A program made the translations under genes and the position numbers. The notes beneath the pieces are model-generated. The model saw nothing but the letters and a program-made list of their open reading frames with translations. It did not search any database and was not told the origin of the DNA. From Lepidodermella squamata (lineage: Eukaryota; Animalia; Gastrotricha), in assembly GCA_047495785.1 (NCBI GenBank), contig JBLDXI010000011.1:124001-188000 (forward strand): a stretch of 64,000 nt of DNA. The letters run 5' to 3'. This document shows positions 23,901 to 37,361 of the stretch, one piece after another (within the stretch, counting starts at the first letter, position 1; the number at the start of each line of letters is the position of its first letter).

Positions 23901-26900
23901 AGCCATGCTATGGTAACCGGAGGAAGTTGTGCCTGGCGGCAGAGCAATGATGCGGTAACACGCATCGCCAGCCGAATGATAGAAATAGCCATCAGGGCAT
24001 CGAACTGGTAAGATTGCACATAAATACATCAATTTATTTCATATTTCAATCTGACGTCATCTCTTTCAACAAACCTTGCCGTTGGTAGAGGCTGATCCAG
24101 AAGTTGTCCCGTAGCTCTTCGAGAGCATCCATTAGATTGTCGTTTTCCTGAGCTCCCTCAATATGAGCCAGGTAACCACCCATCGAGTAGCACGTATCCA
24201 GCGCATACTGCCACGAGCCAATATTCTCCATGCCTTGTGACAATAACTTGTTTATTTTAATTCAGAATGTAAGCTCATTCCTTCACCTGGCACCCAAATG
24301 CAAGTGTTATTAAAGACAACCCAGTCTTCAGGACAGGGCGTTGTGCACACAGCTAACGGCTTGCTCTCGCAGATGAGCGAGCCCATGGACAGCGAAAAGT
24401 CAGAACTCACGCCTTGGAACGACGACAACATGCCGTCCCGGCCGATGCCCAGGAACCGCTCGCTATTGTTCCGCAGTGGATTCACGTACTGGCCAATACC
24501 AAGGAGCGACGACAACGGCTCGTCGTCAAGAGGCCAGTATCGCTTGCTGTAATCAGCCGGATTTCCGAGATTAAACGTCAGGAAATTGTTGGTCGGCAAC
24601 ACCGTCCAGTTCATGCCGTGGCGGTAGAATTCTTTAGCAGCGAAGCATGACTTGTCACTGCTGCAGCCCCGCCCCGGGGTCGGGCGCTGTAGGCCTATAA
24701 CTGATCGGAAGTAACGAGCGAACAGCATCTCCTCCTGCAAATTTAGCACATATATTAACCAGCCTTTACTTTTCTTTCTGAAAATCGACTATTTTTTACG
24801 AAAGGAATTGAATTTTCAGCGTTTGGTTAATTTCACATTTTTCATATTCATTTATGTTTCGCCAAATATCGCGAATTCCGATTTTTTCCGAAAGTATTTG
24901 CCTTTGAATTTGAATTATCGCTATAGGTTACCTCTGAATTGATGCTGATCGGCCAAGCGGAACCGTGGCCCCACTTGTCGCGTGACTCGACGTGGCATCG
25001 ATAGTTTGCCGCGTAGAAATTGAGCGGGGTGACGAGCGAGAAGTAGGGACTCGTCGTTCGGTAGCAGCTAGCGCCGAATAGATACCAACCATTCGGACAC
25101 GCCCGGGTAGCCATGCCGCGGTAAACCGGGTTCCGCTCAATAGCCCAAGCGGCGCCGTTCCAATTGCTACAAGCCCCAGTCTGCCACGTGTAGTTGTCCG
25201 CCTTGGAACCTGAATAGATGCAAGACTCGGCATTCTGCGGGTTGAGCAACTCGGCGCCAGTCTGCTCGAGTGTCAGCGGGCTAAGAGCATCACGCGGATC
25301 GGAATCCCAAGTAAATTGTCCCAGTTCACCGGGCATGAGAGCTGAGTTCGCTTTCAGGCCGAGCCAAGTGCGTACATTTTGTTGATTGAGGATTGTTGAT
25401 TTGATAAGCTGCAAGACGTGCAGCTCCAACCACGACTCGACACTAATCATCTGGCCATAATTATTGGGATTTTCGCTATCGCTTTTCACCGTATTCCACG
25501 ACCAGTATGCGCTTTGGCTCACTGTAGTGGATTGAATAAAACACATCTCATTGAGTGAGTGTCAGTAAAGCGTGTACATTGGCATAGTCGTACATTGAGC
25601 GATTCCCAACTTCGAGAAAATAAAGCGTATTTTATGATATAAAATTACTAGTAGTTGAAAAAAGCGAAACTCAAAACGCAAAATCGGAATTGGAAGGCAG
25701 TGCTATGCTGCGAGCTCCAATAAGGACAAGCTATCTACAAGTTCTTGGACTTACTGGCGTAGCATTTGCCGCCAAAGTAGTACCACTCGGTGCTGAGACC
25801 CTCGCACACGTGGCCCGTGTACAACGGGTAGACGGGCACCGCGCTTGGTATGCGGTAGTCACACACGAAGCCCAGCACCTGGTTGCAGTCTTCGATGTAC
25901 CAAAAGCCGTCGCGTGCCAGCGTCCCGCATCGGCTAGGCACAACACTTGACGTGTAGTTAACGTTCACGCCGACTAATGGCGAGAAGCCTGGCCAGCTGG
26001 TATGCGCGATACTATCGCCATTCCTCCACCTGATTAGAAATGAATTGCATACAGGGAGGCTAATGGCTTTCATCTTACCAAGCGGCGTAATTACCTCCCG
26101 AGGAATACGTGTAAATGTTTATCCACACCTTGGGCAAATTGTATTGTAGTATCCACTGGTGTAGGATCATGTTCTGTTCGAACGTGAATATCTGCGCGAG
26201 GTTGGCGCCGAACTGTTTGGCGCAGTAACCCTCCGCCGCATAGCGAGCCATCGGAACGTGCGTCACGAAGCGGTAGCAGTGGCCGAGGACTTGCAGCCAG
26301 CCGGGGTGGCACGACGTTTGGTTGAGCCAAACGTTGGTATAGCCGCTTGTTGCGAACTGCTGCCGGTAATTGGCTACGAACGTGTAATCGTCCTCATTTG
26401 AGAGTGACATAATCGCAGAACGGCCGATGTTCTGGCACAGGGTCGATGTGTATTCGAACGCCGAAAATTGGCTTGGTTGATACCAATTGCCGATGTACCT
26501 TGTAACGAAGATAAGCATGCACGGTAATGTATTCATGTTACAAGTTACAATCTTAAGCCATTGATACCTAATTTTTGGCAATATTTCTAAGAGTGTTTTT
26601 CGTTCATTTAATTAAGTATCGGGTATTACAGTGGCAAAACGACTCACCAGAGATGCGCACCGCGACGAATCCAGTTGTAAAAGCCGTGTGATTGGCTAGG
26701 GTCGCTGCCCCAAAACGTGGTGTTGTAGACGGGCGAGAGCGAGCAAGCTGCCGGCAGAACCGTAGCATTGACAATTCGACCATTGGCAATCGCTGGAGCA
26801 AGCATAGTGCTGTTGGGCCACGCGTAGCCAGAGCTGGTGAGATAGCCAGACGCCGGTAGGCTGCCTGGGTTCGATGGCGTCGTGCTGACAGAGAGCAACT

Positions 26901-28774
26901 TCCCGTCCGGCCAGTACATGTGGCCATTTATCCAAGAAATCGCCGGTCCGTAGAAGAAGGCTCCAGGCAGCAGGCCGAGAGCGCCGGATAAATAAGCGTC
27001 GCGACCTTCGAGCGACACGCCCGCGAACTCTGACACGTCACTGACTAACGAGTTTGTCGCCGTAACTCGTAGGCAGGTCTGCGAGCCGTCCCGGGCTGTG
27101 ACTGGTATCGATCCTCGCGAGCAGCATGAGCGGCGGTGTTCGCATACGCTTGGCATCGCATCGGTACACGAGCCGAGACGTATTCGCTTGGCATTCGCGT
27201 CATACCGAGCGCACCAAATTGTGGGACTGTACAGTCCACTATCGAAGATAAACGTGTTCGAATCCAGTGTCGCGCTGACAACACGTTGCCTGGCGTCAAT
27301 CACTTGAGTGAAAAGAAATAAACTCATAAAAATAATTTAAGCCTCAGAAAATTGCCTATAATCACCACTAGACTGCTTTTAGTATCACCCACCCGGTTTA
27401 ATTTGCCGTCAAATAAATAAAGCCCTCAGACTTACTTGGTCCATACAAGTAGGCAGAGCCTCCAGGTGTACGAACAATGCCCGGTGTTTGGTAGCCAACG
27501 TAGAAAGTAGTGGTCATGCCAGCCTTTTTCGCAGCGGCGAAAATAAGCGCCCAAGCCATGTCATTGAAGTTGACATTGATTGGGCTGGCTAGCACGGCTC
27601 CCATGGCTTCACAATTACGCTGTGCTGCGATGTAACCCAAAGACGCATTCGTTACCGTGTAGATGGCCCTTGTATCAGCTAAAGCGTCGCAGTCGTGAAC
27701 TGAACCCATATCTCAAGTTATTGAAGCCATTTAAAATTTGAATATATTACCTGTCCAATTGATAGCTCGCTTTCGAACCATCAGCCGAAAATCGGTGATT
27801 TTGGCGTCCGCATCCGGGTAGCCAGTGATTAGCAGAGACGTTCCGATCGAACTGGCGCAAATGCCATCCCACCATCCAGTCGTAGCCGACCCGCAGTTCG
27901 ATAGCGGAGCGTCTGAGGTTGAGAAAGCCCCGCAGTTCGTGATCGAACCGCCGCTGCAGTTGAAAAGACTCGGCAGACCGCTCGGGTTGCACAGCATGTT
28001 CATGGCGCCGTTCGTTGGCGTGATGGCGTACCGGTCTCCGGACGCGCCGATCGTGAAGTTGTCGAACATCTGCCACGAGTAACGCCCAGCACTGTCCGAG
28101 AACTCAACGACCAGTGTGTAACCAGGCTGGCCGGCCAGGTAGAACAGCCTATCGAGGCCGAGCCAGAAACTGTCGGTGAGAACTCCGAACCCGGTTTTGT
28201 AGTCGGTCCAAGGCCGGTCGAATGCAACCGTTGACGATGCTAAGCGACGCATCACAACAGTCCAGCCACCCCCTGATAATACAGAGGTCAAAAGTTGCAT
28301 TTCAGAAAATGATTCATTTAACAAATTCAATTTATCAATTCAACAGTAATGGCAGAATTGTATCGGCTTAAATTCCACTGACCTAGAACAGTTTGGAAAT
28401 AGGTTGGTTCATTGCCATTGCCTAATTTTATTCTTTCCACTTCCCTAAAAAATTGGAACCCTTAAATTGGGGCAGTTTTCAAGCTTTGGCTCTTAGTTTT
28501 GGCAAGGCTGAATTCAGCTTTTACCGAATTTGTCCATTTCACAAACGGCCGGGAAAGCTGGTGCCATGCTGTTCGGCTGGATCTGGTACGTTCCGCTAGG
28601 TGAGGCGCCATTCGTCAGCAGAATTTGCTCGCAATCGGGCGGGGCTGAGACTGTACAAGCCCCGAGCGCTAATTAAGAGAAAATTTAAATCCTATCCATG
28701 TCAAGCATCTTCGCACCTATCCCAATTCGTAGAATAGCCAAGAAAGCTGTCCGCATCGCGCGGCCCAATCTCAT
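8970..28774 (-). CDS. Very large secreted mosaic lectin-like protein: signal peptide, fibrinogen-like domain, multiple CTLDs, CCP, LamG/Cys-repeat/CTLD modules, CCPs, WSC, CCP. Roughly 28 exons, ~3,500-4,000 aa by rough exon sum; 3' end uncertain
   Basis: ATG at 28774 (MRLGRAMRTAFLAILRIGI|ALGAC). FReD motifs PDCEQIL..SGTYQI..CEMDKF|GGWTVVMRR..FDRPWTDYKTGFG..FWLGL (28668-27751). CTLD starts CHPGWLQVLGHCY, CPNGWYLFGASCY, CPEDWVVFNNTC, CPDGYFYHSAGDACY, CPAGFVKWRGNCY, CPVDWIPYNGYCY. Sushi ends CQVDGTWAG, CLGSGIWAPSLPIC. LamG-type starts YWPF, GFWVY, GIWPL, GYWPLNE. WSC motif YYRGC..CRDAC..YCLC..CSSDC..YCG. Many 50-60 nt GT-AG introns keep the frame where checked. Confidence 0.78.
20059..20369. 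mobile_element. Fold-back MITE in the large intron of the mosaic gene
   Basis: TGGAATTCCGCCAT..CTCTGCGACAC..TTCCGGTCATGGCTTAGACCCATCCA..TGGAATCGAGTCAAT is matched in reverse complement at ~20240-20369. Confidence 0.75.
21216..21890 (+). pseudogene. LINE ORF1 (coiled-coil + RRM-like), frameshifted
   Basis: Heptad region LDQLLSRIDFLETKIEKQ..LEIRLNEADEHRLRNTVILHNVE is typical of LINE ORF1. The frame shifts in the A-run after ATG 21216 and again near 21560-21580. Confidence 0.65.
21877..23256 (+). pseudogene. LINE ORF2 with in-frame internal deletion (N-half of endonuclease fused to C-half of RT)
   Basis: APE motifs YSLNCRS, DIICLCETWL, RRDR..GGVCILVK and IACLYRPP run directly into RT motifs [20 protein letters not shown] and LFADDCKL. 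The APE C-terminal motifs and early RT motifs are absent. Confidence 0.85.
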
Positions 28775-30608
28775 TTTGTTAGGATTTCTCAGGTCTTATC
28801 AAAACAAATTTCCTTCTTTCGTAAGGGAGCAAATAAAATTGTTTTTCTATCACACTGTGTGTTGGCACTGCTGCGTCGGGCAACGCCGTTCGCAACGCGT
28901 CACAGCTTGCCTGTCAATAACGCGATAGCGCTGTTCAAGCCGATCGATGGTTGATAATACAGGAATTAGAAGCCCTTTAACAACACTATCGATGTTTGCA
29001 AATGAGTGTGATCATCGCAGACAAAATTCAGCGATGACAAATTATTTAGAATTTACCAACTATTTTTATTGTCAAGTTCGTTTATTCACTTTGAATAAAT
29101 TCGGAAGCTGTTCACGATTCACGATTCCCGGATGAAGAATTGAGACGTAGAGAACGTAGTGATCTATGAATTGAGTGATTCCATTGCGGACTGCCGATTG
29201 CGATGCAGAATTTCGCAGGCAATCAGCTGTTATGCGATTCACCCGTCGGCGATAGCCAGTTCACCCTGAAACTGCGTGCAAAGTCGGTCAAAATACGCGG
29301 TTTCGAACGCATTTCGAATGCGCTAAAATTCGGTTTTCGAATACGTCAGATATCGTGGCGAGCGTGGCATAGTGGCTATGGATCCAAGGGCACAATCCTC
29401 GAGTGGGCAAATCCACCCGAGACCGCGGTTTCCTCCCTCCCTGTGTAGGACGCCATTCACCGGCAATCAAGATATGGCTACTTAGCACGCAAAGCCTGGG
29501 GATGGTTCGACCATCAGTCGTGGGCATAGTTGACAGTTGACTCATAAGCCTTGTGATGAAGTCTGATACCAAAAATGCTAAACGTCGAAAGGCATTTTGC
29601 ATAAATATGCGTAGAGTATGCGTATGGGTATGAGTATGGCTGCCTGGAACACTGCTGATCCCGAGGTCGAATCCACTTGTCGCAAATTTATTCATGCGAA
29701 GATCGTAGAGGTTTCGTGCTGTACAGGTGCTGAATGGCATAGTGCTGGCTGAGGCAGGATAAACCAAACAAATGATATTCGCCAATCACTTCCGTGAAGC
29801 GGAACATCTCGGTTACTCACGCCGTCAGCTGGAGCTCGCAGGTTGCAGAAAAATTTCTGAAAATGATATGCTGGTTTGCGGGTCATTCGTAAAACTTACC
29901 TATCCGAAAATGATTCCTTGATTTCAGTAAGCTGCCTTATGTTTCCGCATAGTTTACGAGGCATGGCTATAGGCATCACTGCCATTTTAGTCTAAAGGTT
30001 TAGGAACCGCTGACACATCAATCGCTCAGGTTGAATTGCATCCATTGCAGGGGCGCAGTTACAACACGATGTGAAATGGGCAGCCTTTTCGTGGGCTAAA
30101 CATTTTTACCACTAGTTTTTACACTGATAATGATGAAAAGCCATTGTTAATGCGCATGACGATCATTAGCTGGGATAACATTGCCACACGTATAAAGTTG
30201 ACGTGATGCTTTCCAAGCTATATCATATAATGGCTACATAAAAAATTGATTTTTTTTTCTACCTAAGCACCCGCGTTGACGAAGGCACCTTTGATGACGC
30301 GTAGGCTGGAAAAGACCCTGCTCTTCTGCCGGAGAGGATAGCTTGATGCATTAGTGGATAGGTATATTATAAATGCATTAGTTGGTAGACGCAACCGGCG
30401 TTATGAGCGGCATGAACTAGTGGTTTTGTTGAGTGGATTTCGTGTTAGGACTGTTATATCGACCACATGGATGAAAGCGCCTCCTGTGTCGAGTGGCTTC
30501 AAACATGCGAAACGACCCAAGTTGAGCAGCACGACACTGAACGTGAGTGCGAACTGTAGCATCCCTGGACAGTGAGTTTTGTCGGCCCTGTTCGGGGCCG
30601 AAAACGGG

Positions 30609-30644
30609 TATTTAAGCGCAGAAGCCGCGGCTGTTTTCCACATT
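30609..30644 (+). promoter_or_regulatory. Putative TATA box + initiator-like motif of Cys-rich paralogue 1
   Basis: TATTTAA (30609) then TTTCCACATT (30635). The same pair with identical 26-nt offset occurs at 49882/49908 and 52911/52937. Confidence 0.6.
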
Positions 30645-30690
30645 TCTTCTAAAGGTGTAGTTGAAGACACTTATTACGATTTCTTCCACA

Positions 30691-31955
30691 ATGCAATCCT
30701 TCATCCTCGCCATCCTTCTATGCGCCGCTGTCACTGCCTGCCCGCCGTCGAGCACAACGACAACCCCATGCCCCAGGTCAACATCCAATGACTCGCCGGC
30801 CGTCGCGACCTGCCCTGACGGCCAGTCGTGTTATGCAACAGCCAGACAATGCAGCCCTGGAACGTCGTGTGTGGCTGCAGGCAACGTATGCGACTCCACG
30901 ACGAGCAACTGCGTGTTGAAATCAGCATCCTCACCTTCGTGCCCAAGCGGTCAAACATGCACGCCATCCGCCAACGTATGTGACGCATCGACTAGAAACT
31001 GCATTGCGACGACAGCAACCCAATGCCCATCGGGGCAATCTTGCACGGCCACGGTAAGTTTTGCCACTTTTGAGTAAATTCACTCATATATGTGAATTTC
31101 TTAAACTTGCAACAGGTTACCTACAAGCTGTGTGTGATAACCAAGACTCAGGGCGATTCAACTGTCGCAAAGAATAATGTTCCATTCTGCACATCGAACG
31201 GCGGCGCGTGCAACGCGGTTCTTACATCTGGGACAACTGTAAGGAAAATACCCTTGGACTTTTACAGTCTGAAAGGCCGCAAACTGAAGCAACTTTGTTG
31301 GCATATAGGCGGTGGCAGGGCAAAGATCCCGTGATTAGGGTGCCGTTATAGAGCCATCAAAATCAGATACGAATTTGCCTTGCCGCCCCTTGCAATGGGT
31401 CATTGCCCTGCGACCTTCTAGATGCGAAGTTGCGCCGTTCGGCCAAGTCAAGCTGTTAAAGTCTAACGGATTTTTTATTTCTAATGTGATACTTTGCAGG
31501 ATTCCACTGCCACTCCAAATACGTTCACGTCATTTACGGCTTGTTGCAACGCAGCGAAGGGAAGTAATTCGCTCATCTACGAGATTGTTCCTGGCACCCC
31601 ACCCGTAACGGCGTGTATTGGAACAGTCGACGGTGACAAGCCTTACAAAATAACATCTACGAGCAGAAATCAATATCCACCTTCGTATTGTGTCCGCTTT
31701 CCGTATACCGCAGTGACCGATTCAGCTTTTGCTGCAACCTCTAACACTGGCTTGGTAGATTTTAGACTGAAACGTTTCTTCATGTTGTACGTTGTACCGT
31801 TTTCTTGTTTATTCCAGAGCACTAAAGACAGTGTGTTTGACGCTGCTACTTTCCAAGAGTGCTGTTTGCAGTTATCGCCGTACTCGCTCGATTTTACATC
31901 CCCAAGCAATGCTTATGGCGCGAGTGGTTTTGACACGTGCGCGTTCAGCGAATGA
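30691..31955 (+). CDS. Secreted cysteine-rich protein, paralogue 1, 292 aa (exons 30691-31053, 31116-31238, 31500-31754, 31818-31955)
   Basis: Signal peptide MQSFILAILLCAAVTA; CPxGQxC and NVCDxxTxNC repeats; three phase-0 GT-AG introns at the same positions as in the two paralogues; 24 Cys in the mature chain. Confidence 0.88.
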
Positions 31956-34307
31956 ACCTGACATTATGGGACACATGCTTGCTTTACCCATCTGCTTGCA
32001 TTGATTATTGATTTATTTTGGAACTCTTCCTTGATTTTCGGAAATTAAACATAAAAGGAGAAGAATCTTAGAATCCTATAGCCATTCGAATTCAGGGATG
32101 GACGATTTAGTACTACATGGTGCCATGGTCAGGCCGGTACGGGAGTGATGGGAGTGCGTGTGATTAAACACAGGTGAAATTGATCGAAATAATAGAGTTT
32201 TCGGCAGAATTTATATGACCCTAAAGCTAAAGGTTTAATAAAAATGAAAAAAAACCTTGTCGATTCGTCGTTTGTTGAGGAATCTAAAAATCCAAGTCCT
32301 ATGGTCATTGCATAGAGAAAAAGATTTGAGGTGGGCAAGCCAACCGTTGTTACGATACAAAAACCTCGTTTTCACTATGGCTTTACTTATTTTTATGATC
32401 ACAAGACTGAGCAGCAATTGCCCACCTCAAATCTTATACCACGTGAAAGAGCAGCTCGCGCTCTATAGGCATGCAAAATTTGGTAGAAAACGGAGATATC
32501 CGTTTTGAGAACGCACTTCTATAATAATGGAGATCATAGCGCAGCCGGTTTTTCCTTTGGATTAACGATGAATCATGATTGAGTCATCAGAGCGTCATTT
32601 GGCTGTAGTGAAAGAATCGAAGTTTTCTCCGCGATTCGCCGCGATTCGCCGCGATTCTTAAATTTCAAGGTGTTTTAAGGCGATTTGGAGCCTGTTACTA
32701 CCTGCTGCATCCGGAAACGGTTACCTCAATAGCACCCGGTTCAAACAAAATTACGCCACTGATAAATCAGCAATATCATTTTATTTCGGCCGGCCATCGC
32801 GGCCATCGCCGAGAAAATAAGAAGGCAATTGGAGAAAAATAATCAGATTCACAACAATTATGCGCAATAAAATATTGACAGGAATGATCATAATTCAAAT
32901 TTTCGCAGCCGGGACGATTTTGAAACCGCATAATTCCTACAAGATATCAATACTCAGTAAGCTTTGAGGCAATCATCAGCTGACAATAACCAGGTTTCCT
33001 AAGTGAAAGTTACCTCAAAGTTGGGCATAGGTATTGACGCCAAAATTGAAGCAGGGAAAGAGTAATAAATAGGCATTAGAGGCACTGATAAAAAATCCGA
33101 TTGAATTTTAAGCCGCAATATTTAATGGAAAATTAATACAATTACTCGAGGAATTTTCAGGCAGAATGAAAGCCGATTGAAAACAATTGATAGTGATAGA
33201 GAATGTTCACGGCCAGCGTGGATTATTTCTTCGCAGATCATAATAATATTATAAACAAGAATTTATTATTTGCACGAATTCTTTGAAACTTTGAACAAAA
33301 ATTTACAAAATTGGTCGAGTCAGAAGATGTAAGATTTTTCCATTTTTTTTTAATTTATTGTAACGCGGGAAAAATTATAGCCATGGTTGGGAATCTGGAG
33401 GCATGATTTTCGCTAAAATCTGAGAGATTCGAACTCCATTTTTGAGGAACGAGAAAAAGATTAATTAATAGCGCAGTTTCCTACACTAACGTTTAAAAAA
33501 TAATGAAAAATTCTACATGTTTTTCTGCACAATGAGACATCAGTACAGTCGTGTAGGACAAGGTGTCACGGCAGCATGAAATAGGAGCACGCACAAATTC
33601 ATACATAATTTACGTTATAGTCACGCGCGAGTAGTTTTATTTAGGTAAATTTAAAAATCACCTACTCACACGTTATAGCTGAAATTTTTTTCGAACATTT
33701 CTGGTAAAAGCTGTTATCAGAAGTAATTTAAACGAAGAGATCGCAGTCGGTTTGAACAAAAGATGGCATATTAAATGCATCGGAAAATTATTACTGCGTG
33801 CAAAGTTCGAATTCACTAGAGCGTGTCGCATTGAATTCAGACCTGTACAAGGTGGCTAAAAAGTGCGTAATTTTTGCCGTCGCTAATCAGACGTATTACA
33901 GTCAGCGTGAGCAACTTTTCACAAGTTCTGTAGATTTGACACGTAGCGAGTTCTTGAAAATCAGACATCCTGGTGCCGAGTTTGAGCCCAATTCAGTTAT
34001 GACATCGATTTGCGCTTTTACCGCCGATACTCGGGGTTCACGTTACAAGTGAGGCTCCAGCAAGAGAATTCTCAACAATTTTTGCCTGGGATTACGGGAT
34101 AGGTAATTTTAACGCCACGTGCGGTAAGCTAACGAGAAAATACTAGGGCCTGCAGAGCCGATACGGACGGATTTATGCATTTGATAGAAAATCATTTTTC
34201 AGAAATTTCAGTAATCGATTGTAGATTGCAGCATCGCCATGTTTTCTACATAAATGTATAAATCAGACGGTACCTGGTACTGGTACCCAAAAATGAGGAG
34301 AGGTTAT

Positions 34308-35193
34308 CGTCGTTTTTACACGATGGAGGGGTACGGAGGCGTTCGTTAACGCCATCGGTTACTTTGCTCTATTTAGAGGCTCTGTTAAGACAAATTTCGA
34401 TTACGCAACTAAGGAATTTCGGAAATTTGATGTCGATTTTTTTGCAAAGCGTCAAGAAAGCAATTTCAAAAATGAATTTTTAAAGTATAATTTTTTTCTT
34501 TATTGGTACTTGAAAGTTATTTTTTCTTGTAGCCTCAATTGGTCGAATATTTATACACGTTGAATATCTTCAATAACTTAATTATCTAATTAAATTTCCT
34601 AATTTTTAAATCGGAAATTTGATGAGCAAAGAAATATTTGACTGACAACCCGAACATCGTTAAATTTTTTTTAAATCGGTTCACCTGATTTAGATGGTCA
34701 CGGATTGAGAATTTCGTGATCTACAACAATGTCATTTTGGTTATTTCACACGATATAACAGAAGATTTATGATAATTTTTAATTTTTAGTCGTCCCCCAT
34801 ATCGACCTCTAAAATATATAAAAAACATCGCCGCGGCACTTGCTTCAGGAGCGACATGTGTAAAAAAAATACAACAAATTTTGATGACACATTCGACATT
34901 CAAAATATTCTTCACAGCAGTGAAATATGAGTGAAATTCAGCAAAATGATTTGAGACATAACCGCGAAAATTAATTTGCTGGCAGCTTCAGCCCAGCCTA
35001 AATATAATTTCCTTTAGCTAAAACTCATTTTTCAGTAACATAAATTACTCAGGGCATTTTTATTCTGAAAACCAATTCAAAATTAAAATTCAATTTTTTC
35101 GTGAGAGCGCAGTTGCGTAATCATAACAGAGCGCCTGGTAACTGATGGCATTAACGAACGCCTCCGTAACCCTCCGCTAGTCTAAAAACGACG
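34308..35193. repeat. Inverted repeat pair (~55 bp arms, ~780 bp spacer), probable non-autonomous DNA element
   Basis: CGTCGTTTTTA..GGAGGGGTACGGAGGCGTTCGTTAACGCCATCGGTTAC vs GTAACTGATGGCATTAACGAACGCCTCCGTAACCCTCC..TAAAAACGACG. Confidence 0.65.
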
Positions 35194-35578
35194 TATAATG
35201 TCCATAAAAGTTGCTTATCAATATTGTAACGCATAAAATGTTGATAAAACGACGCGAAAACGTGTAGCAGCGCCAAGGCTTGAATTCAGTACTGGAGCCT
35301 CAAATTGCTGAGAGCTGGCTGGGTTCCAATTTTTTATTAATAAAAGCCGTATAACCGCAGCTCTCAGTGCATGTTCTGTGGCGTGTTCAATAAGGGTTAA
35401 AATTATGGTATCAATTGGCCTAATAAGCCGAATTCAACTAAAAGAAGATATCATCACATATTATCGAATGAGAAAGTATCATCTGAGTATATCGGCAAGG
35501 TGACCGAAAAGAAATTCAGCGCTGGCTTGAAATTATTGCCCGATTTTCGATCGCACACACCGGATCGTCAATCAGATC

Positions 35579-35858
35579 TTCCATAGCTGGGCGTTGGTTC
35601 GGTAGCATGCAGGAATGAGAGCTGAAATAAAATCAGATATTAAAAAAAAATAGAAAACGCAAGAAATTTTAAAATTTAAAATTGAATTATTTGAAATTTT
35701 GAAATTTTAATAAAATTCCATAGCTTGGCGTTGGTTCGATGGCATGCAGAAACGAGCTGAAATGAAATCAGATATAAGAAAAATGGGGAACGCGAGAAAT
35801 TTTAAAATTTAAAATTTAAAATTTTAATATTTGAAATTTTGAAATTTTAATTTAAAAA
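35579..35858. repeat. Diverged tandem duplication, ~138-bp unit x2
   Basis: TTCCATAGCT(G/T)GGCGTTGGTTCG..GCATGCAG..GAGCTGAAAT..AAATCAGATAT..AGAAATTTTAAAATTTAAAATT starts at 35579 and 35717. Confidence 0.8.
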
Positions 35859-37193
35859 ATGGATGATTAGAAATATTTAAATTTTGAACGACATCGAGGA
35901 TCAAGGCAATAGACAAATTCAGGAAATTTCTTAAAAAAAGAGGTGGAAAATCTGATAAATTACCGAGCGTTCTGTAGACTATATCGATATCGAAAGCCAG
36001 TAAGCTGCGTGCACTCATCGGTCAAAGCATCACCAGTCGATCGACTGCTTTCCTATCTAAACAAAAATAAGAATATCATAGATTTTGCAATTTTTCATTC
36101 ATAATGGCGCCGTTACAGTAAAGCTGGGAGCAGGGGGAATACCAGGTTAAAATTTGGCAGTTGGGCAGTAGGAGTTGCATAGGGCCTATTAATTTTCAGA
36201 TTTATTCACGAAGGAAAACAATAAAATTCTTCATAATCAATAAATTACAAAATGAAATTTGAGGCTGAAATCCTTATTATGGTTTGCTATGAAACCGATA
36301 GCCTGACTTGATTTCAGCGTCCAATCAATTCTTAGGAATTTGATCTGTTGGTAGGGGATTAAGAGGGATCAAATTGAGAAATTTACCTTGGGAAAACAGC
36401 TTAGGTCAGCTTTGATTCCTGATTAACATTGCCGTAACACAACTGGACTAACGGTGTGGTTAAACGGCCGCAAACTTGAAACTTGGCCGGCGAATCGACA
36501 GCCATGCATCAAAAAGTGCCGCGATGAAAAGGCGAAAAATACAATTCTAAAATAAAAAAATAATGAACTGAAGGATGAACGGCATGTGGCATAAGCCAGT
36601 AAGACAATTGCGACGCTTGGATTGTTACGTGAAAATAAGTACGCAACAACTCCAAGTTCGCACAATGAAGAACACGCACGAAAAAATTGAGAAATAAAAA
36701 TTGAGAAAAAAATCACCTGATAACAAATAAATTTAATAAAAAATCGGAAAATACCCAGTCCGGCCTAATAGTTCCTGGCGTAAACGCTTGAAGGTTGAAC
36801 ATTATGCATGCAATTAAACTTTGGATCGAATTTAAATGAAAATTTTCAGTGAAAAGGAATTGGAAATTCGAAGAACTGCTAATGCCTATATTTGTGGAAA
36901 ATAATGCCCAGAATATGTGTATCGCGAAGGCTGACAGAACTGAACGGTTTGATTTTACCATATAGCGTTGGTGATATTTAAGAGCCAGGTAATACAAAGA
37001 GTTACCACAAACCCACAAGCGAAAGAAATAAAAAATTTCTAAATTTCTAAAATTAGGCTCGAATTTTCAGACAATTTTCGTTCCACTTTTCGCTCAAAAA
37101 ATTCGGCTTTCGGCAAGCTCGCGTTTTGGATTGACAGTTTTCCAGCAGTTAAATTACCATAAAATTGTCGTGATTCGCAGCTATTGGTTTGTA

Positions 37194-37361
37194 CAGGGTG
37201 GCCAAAAAATTTCGCAGAGCGGGAATTCGTTGCGCATCAATTTAATGAGGAGTTTTAAGAAGTTGCATTCTTTTGCCAACGGAACTCCTCAATTTCTTGA
37301 AATTCCTCATTAAAATGATGCGCAGCGAATTCCCGCTCTGCGGAATTTTTTGGCCACCCTG
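37194..37361. mobile_element. Tc1/mariner-type MITE (168 bp)
   Basis: TA|CAGGGTGGCCAAAAAATT..AATTTTTTGGCCACCCTG|TA; near-perfect ~70-bp arms. Confidence 0.88.

Noticed and set aside
29203-29886. 165-aa minus-strand ORF and neighbours between the mosaic gene and paralogue 1
   Set aside because: No recognisable motif or convincing splice structure; the HTHTHT run comes from a simple repeat.
32629-32658. (CCGCGATTCG)x3 and other short tandem repeats considered as CRISPR-like
   Set aside because: No unique spacers, eukaryotic context, no cas genes; simple minisatellite.
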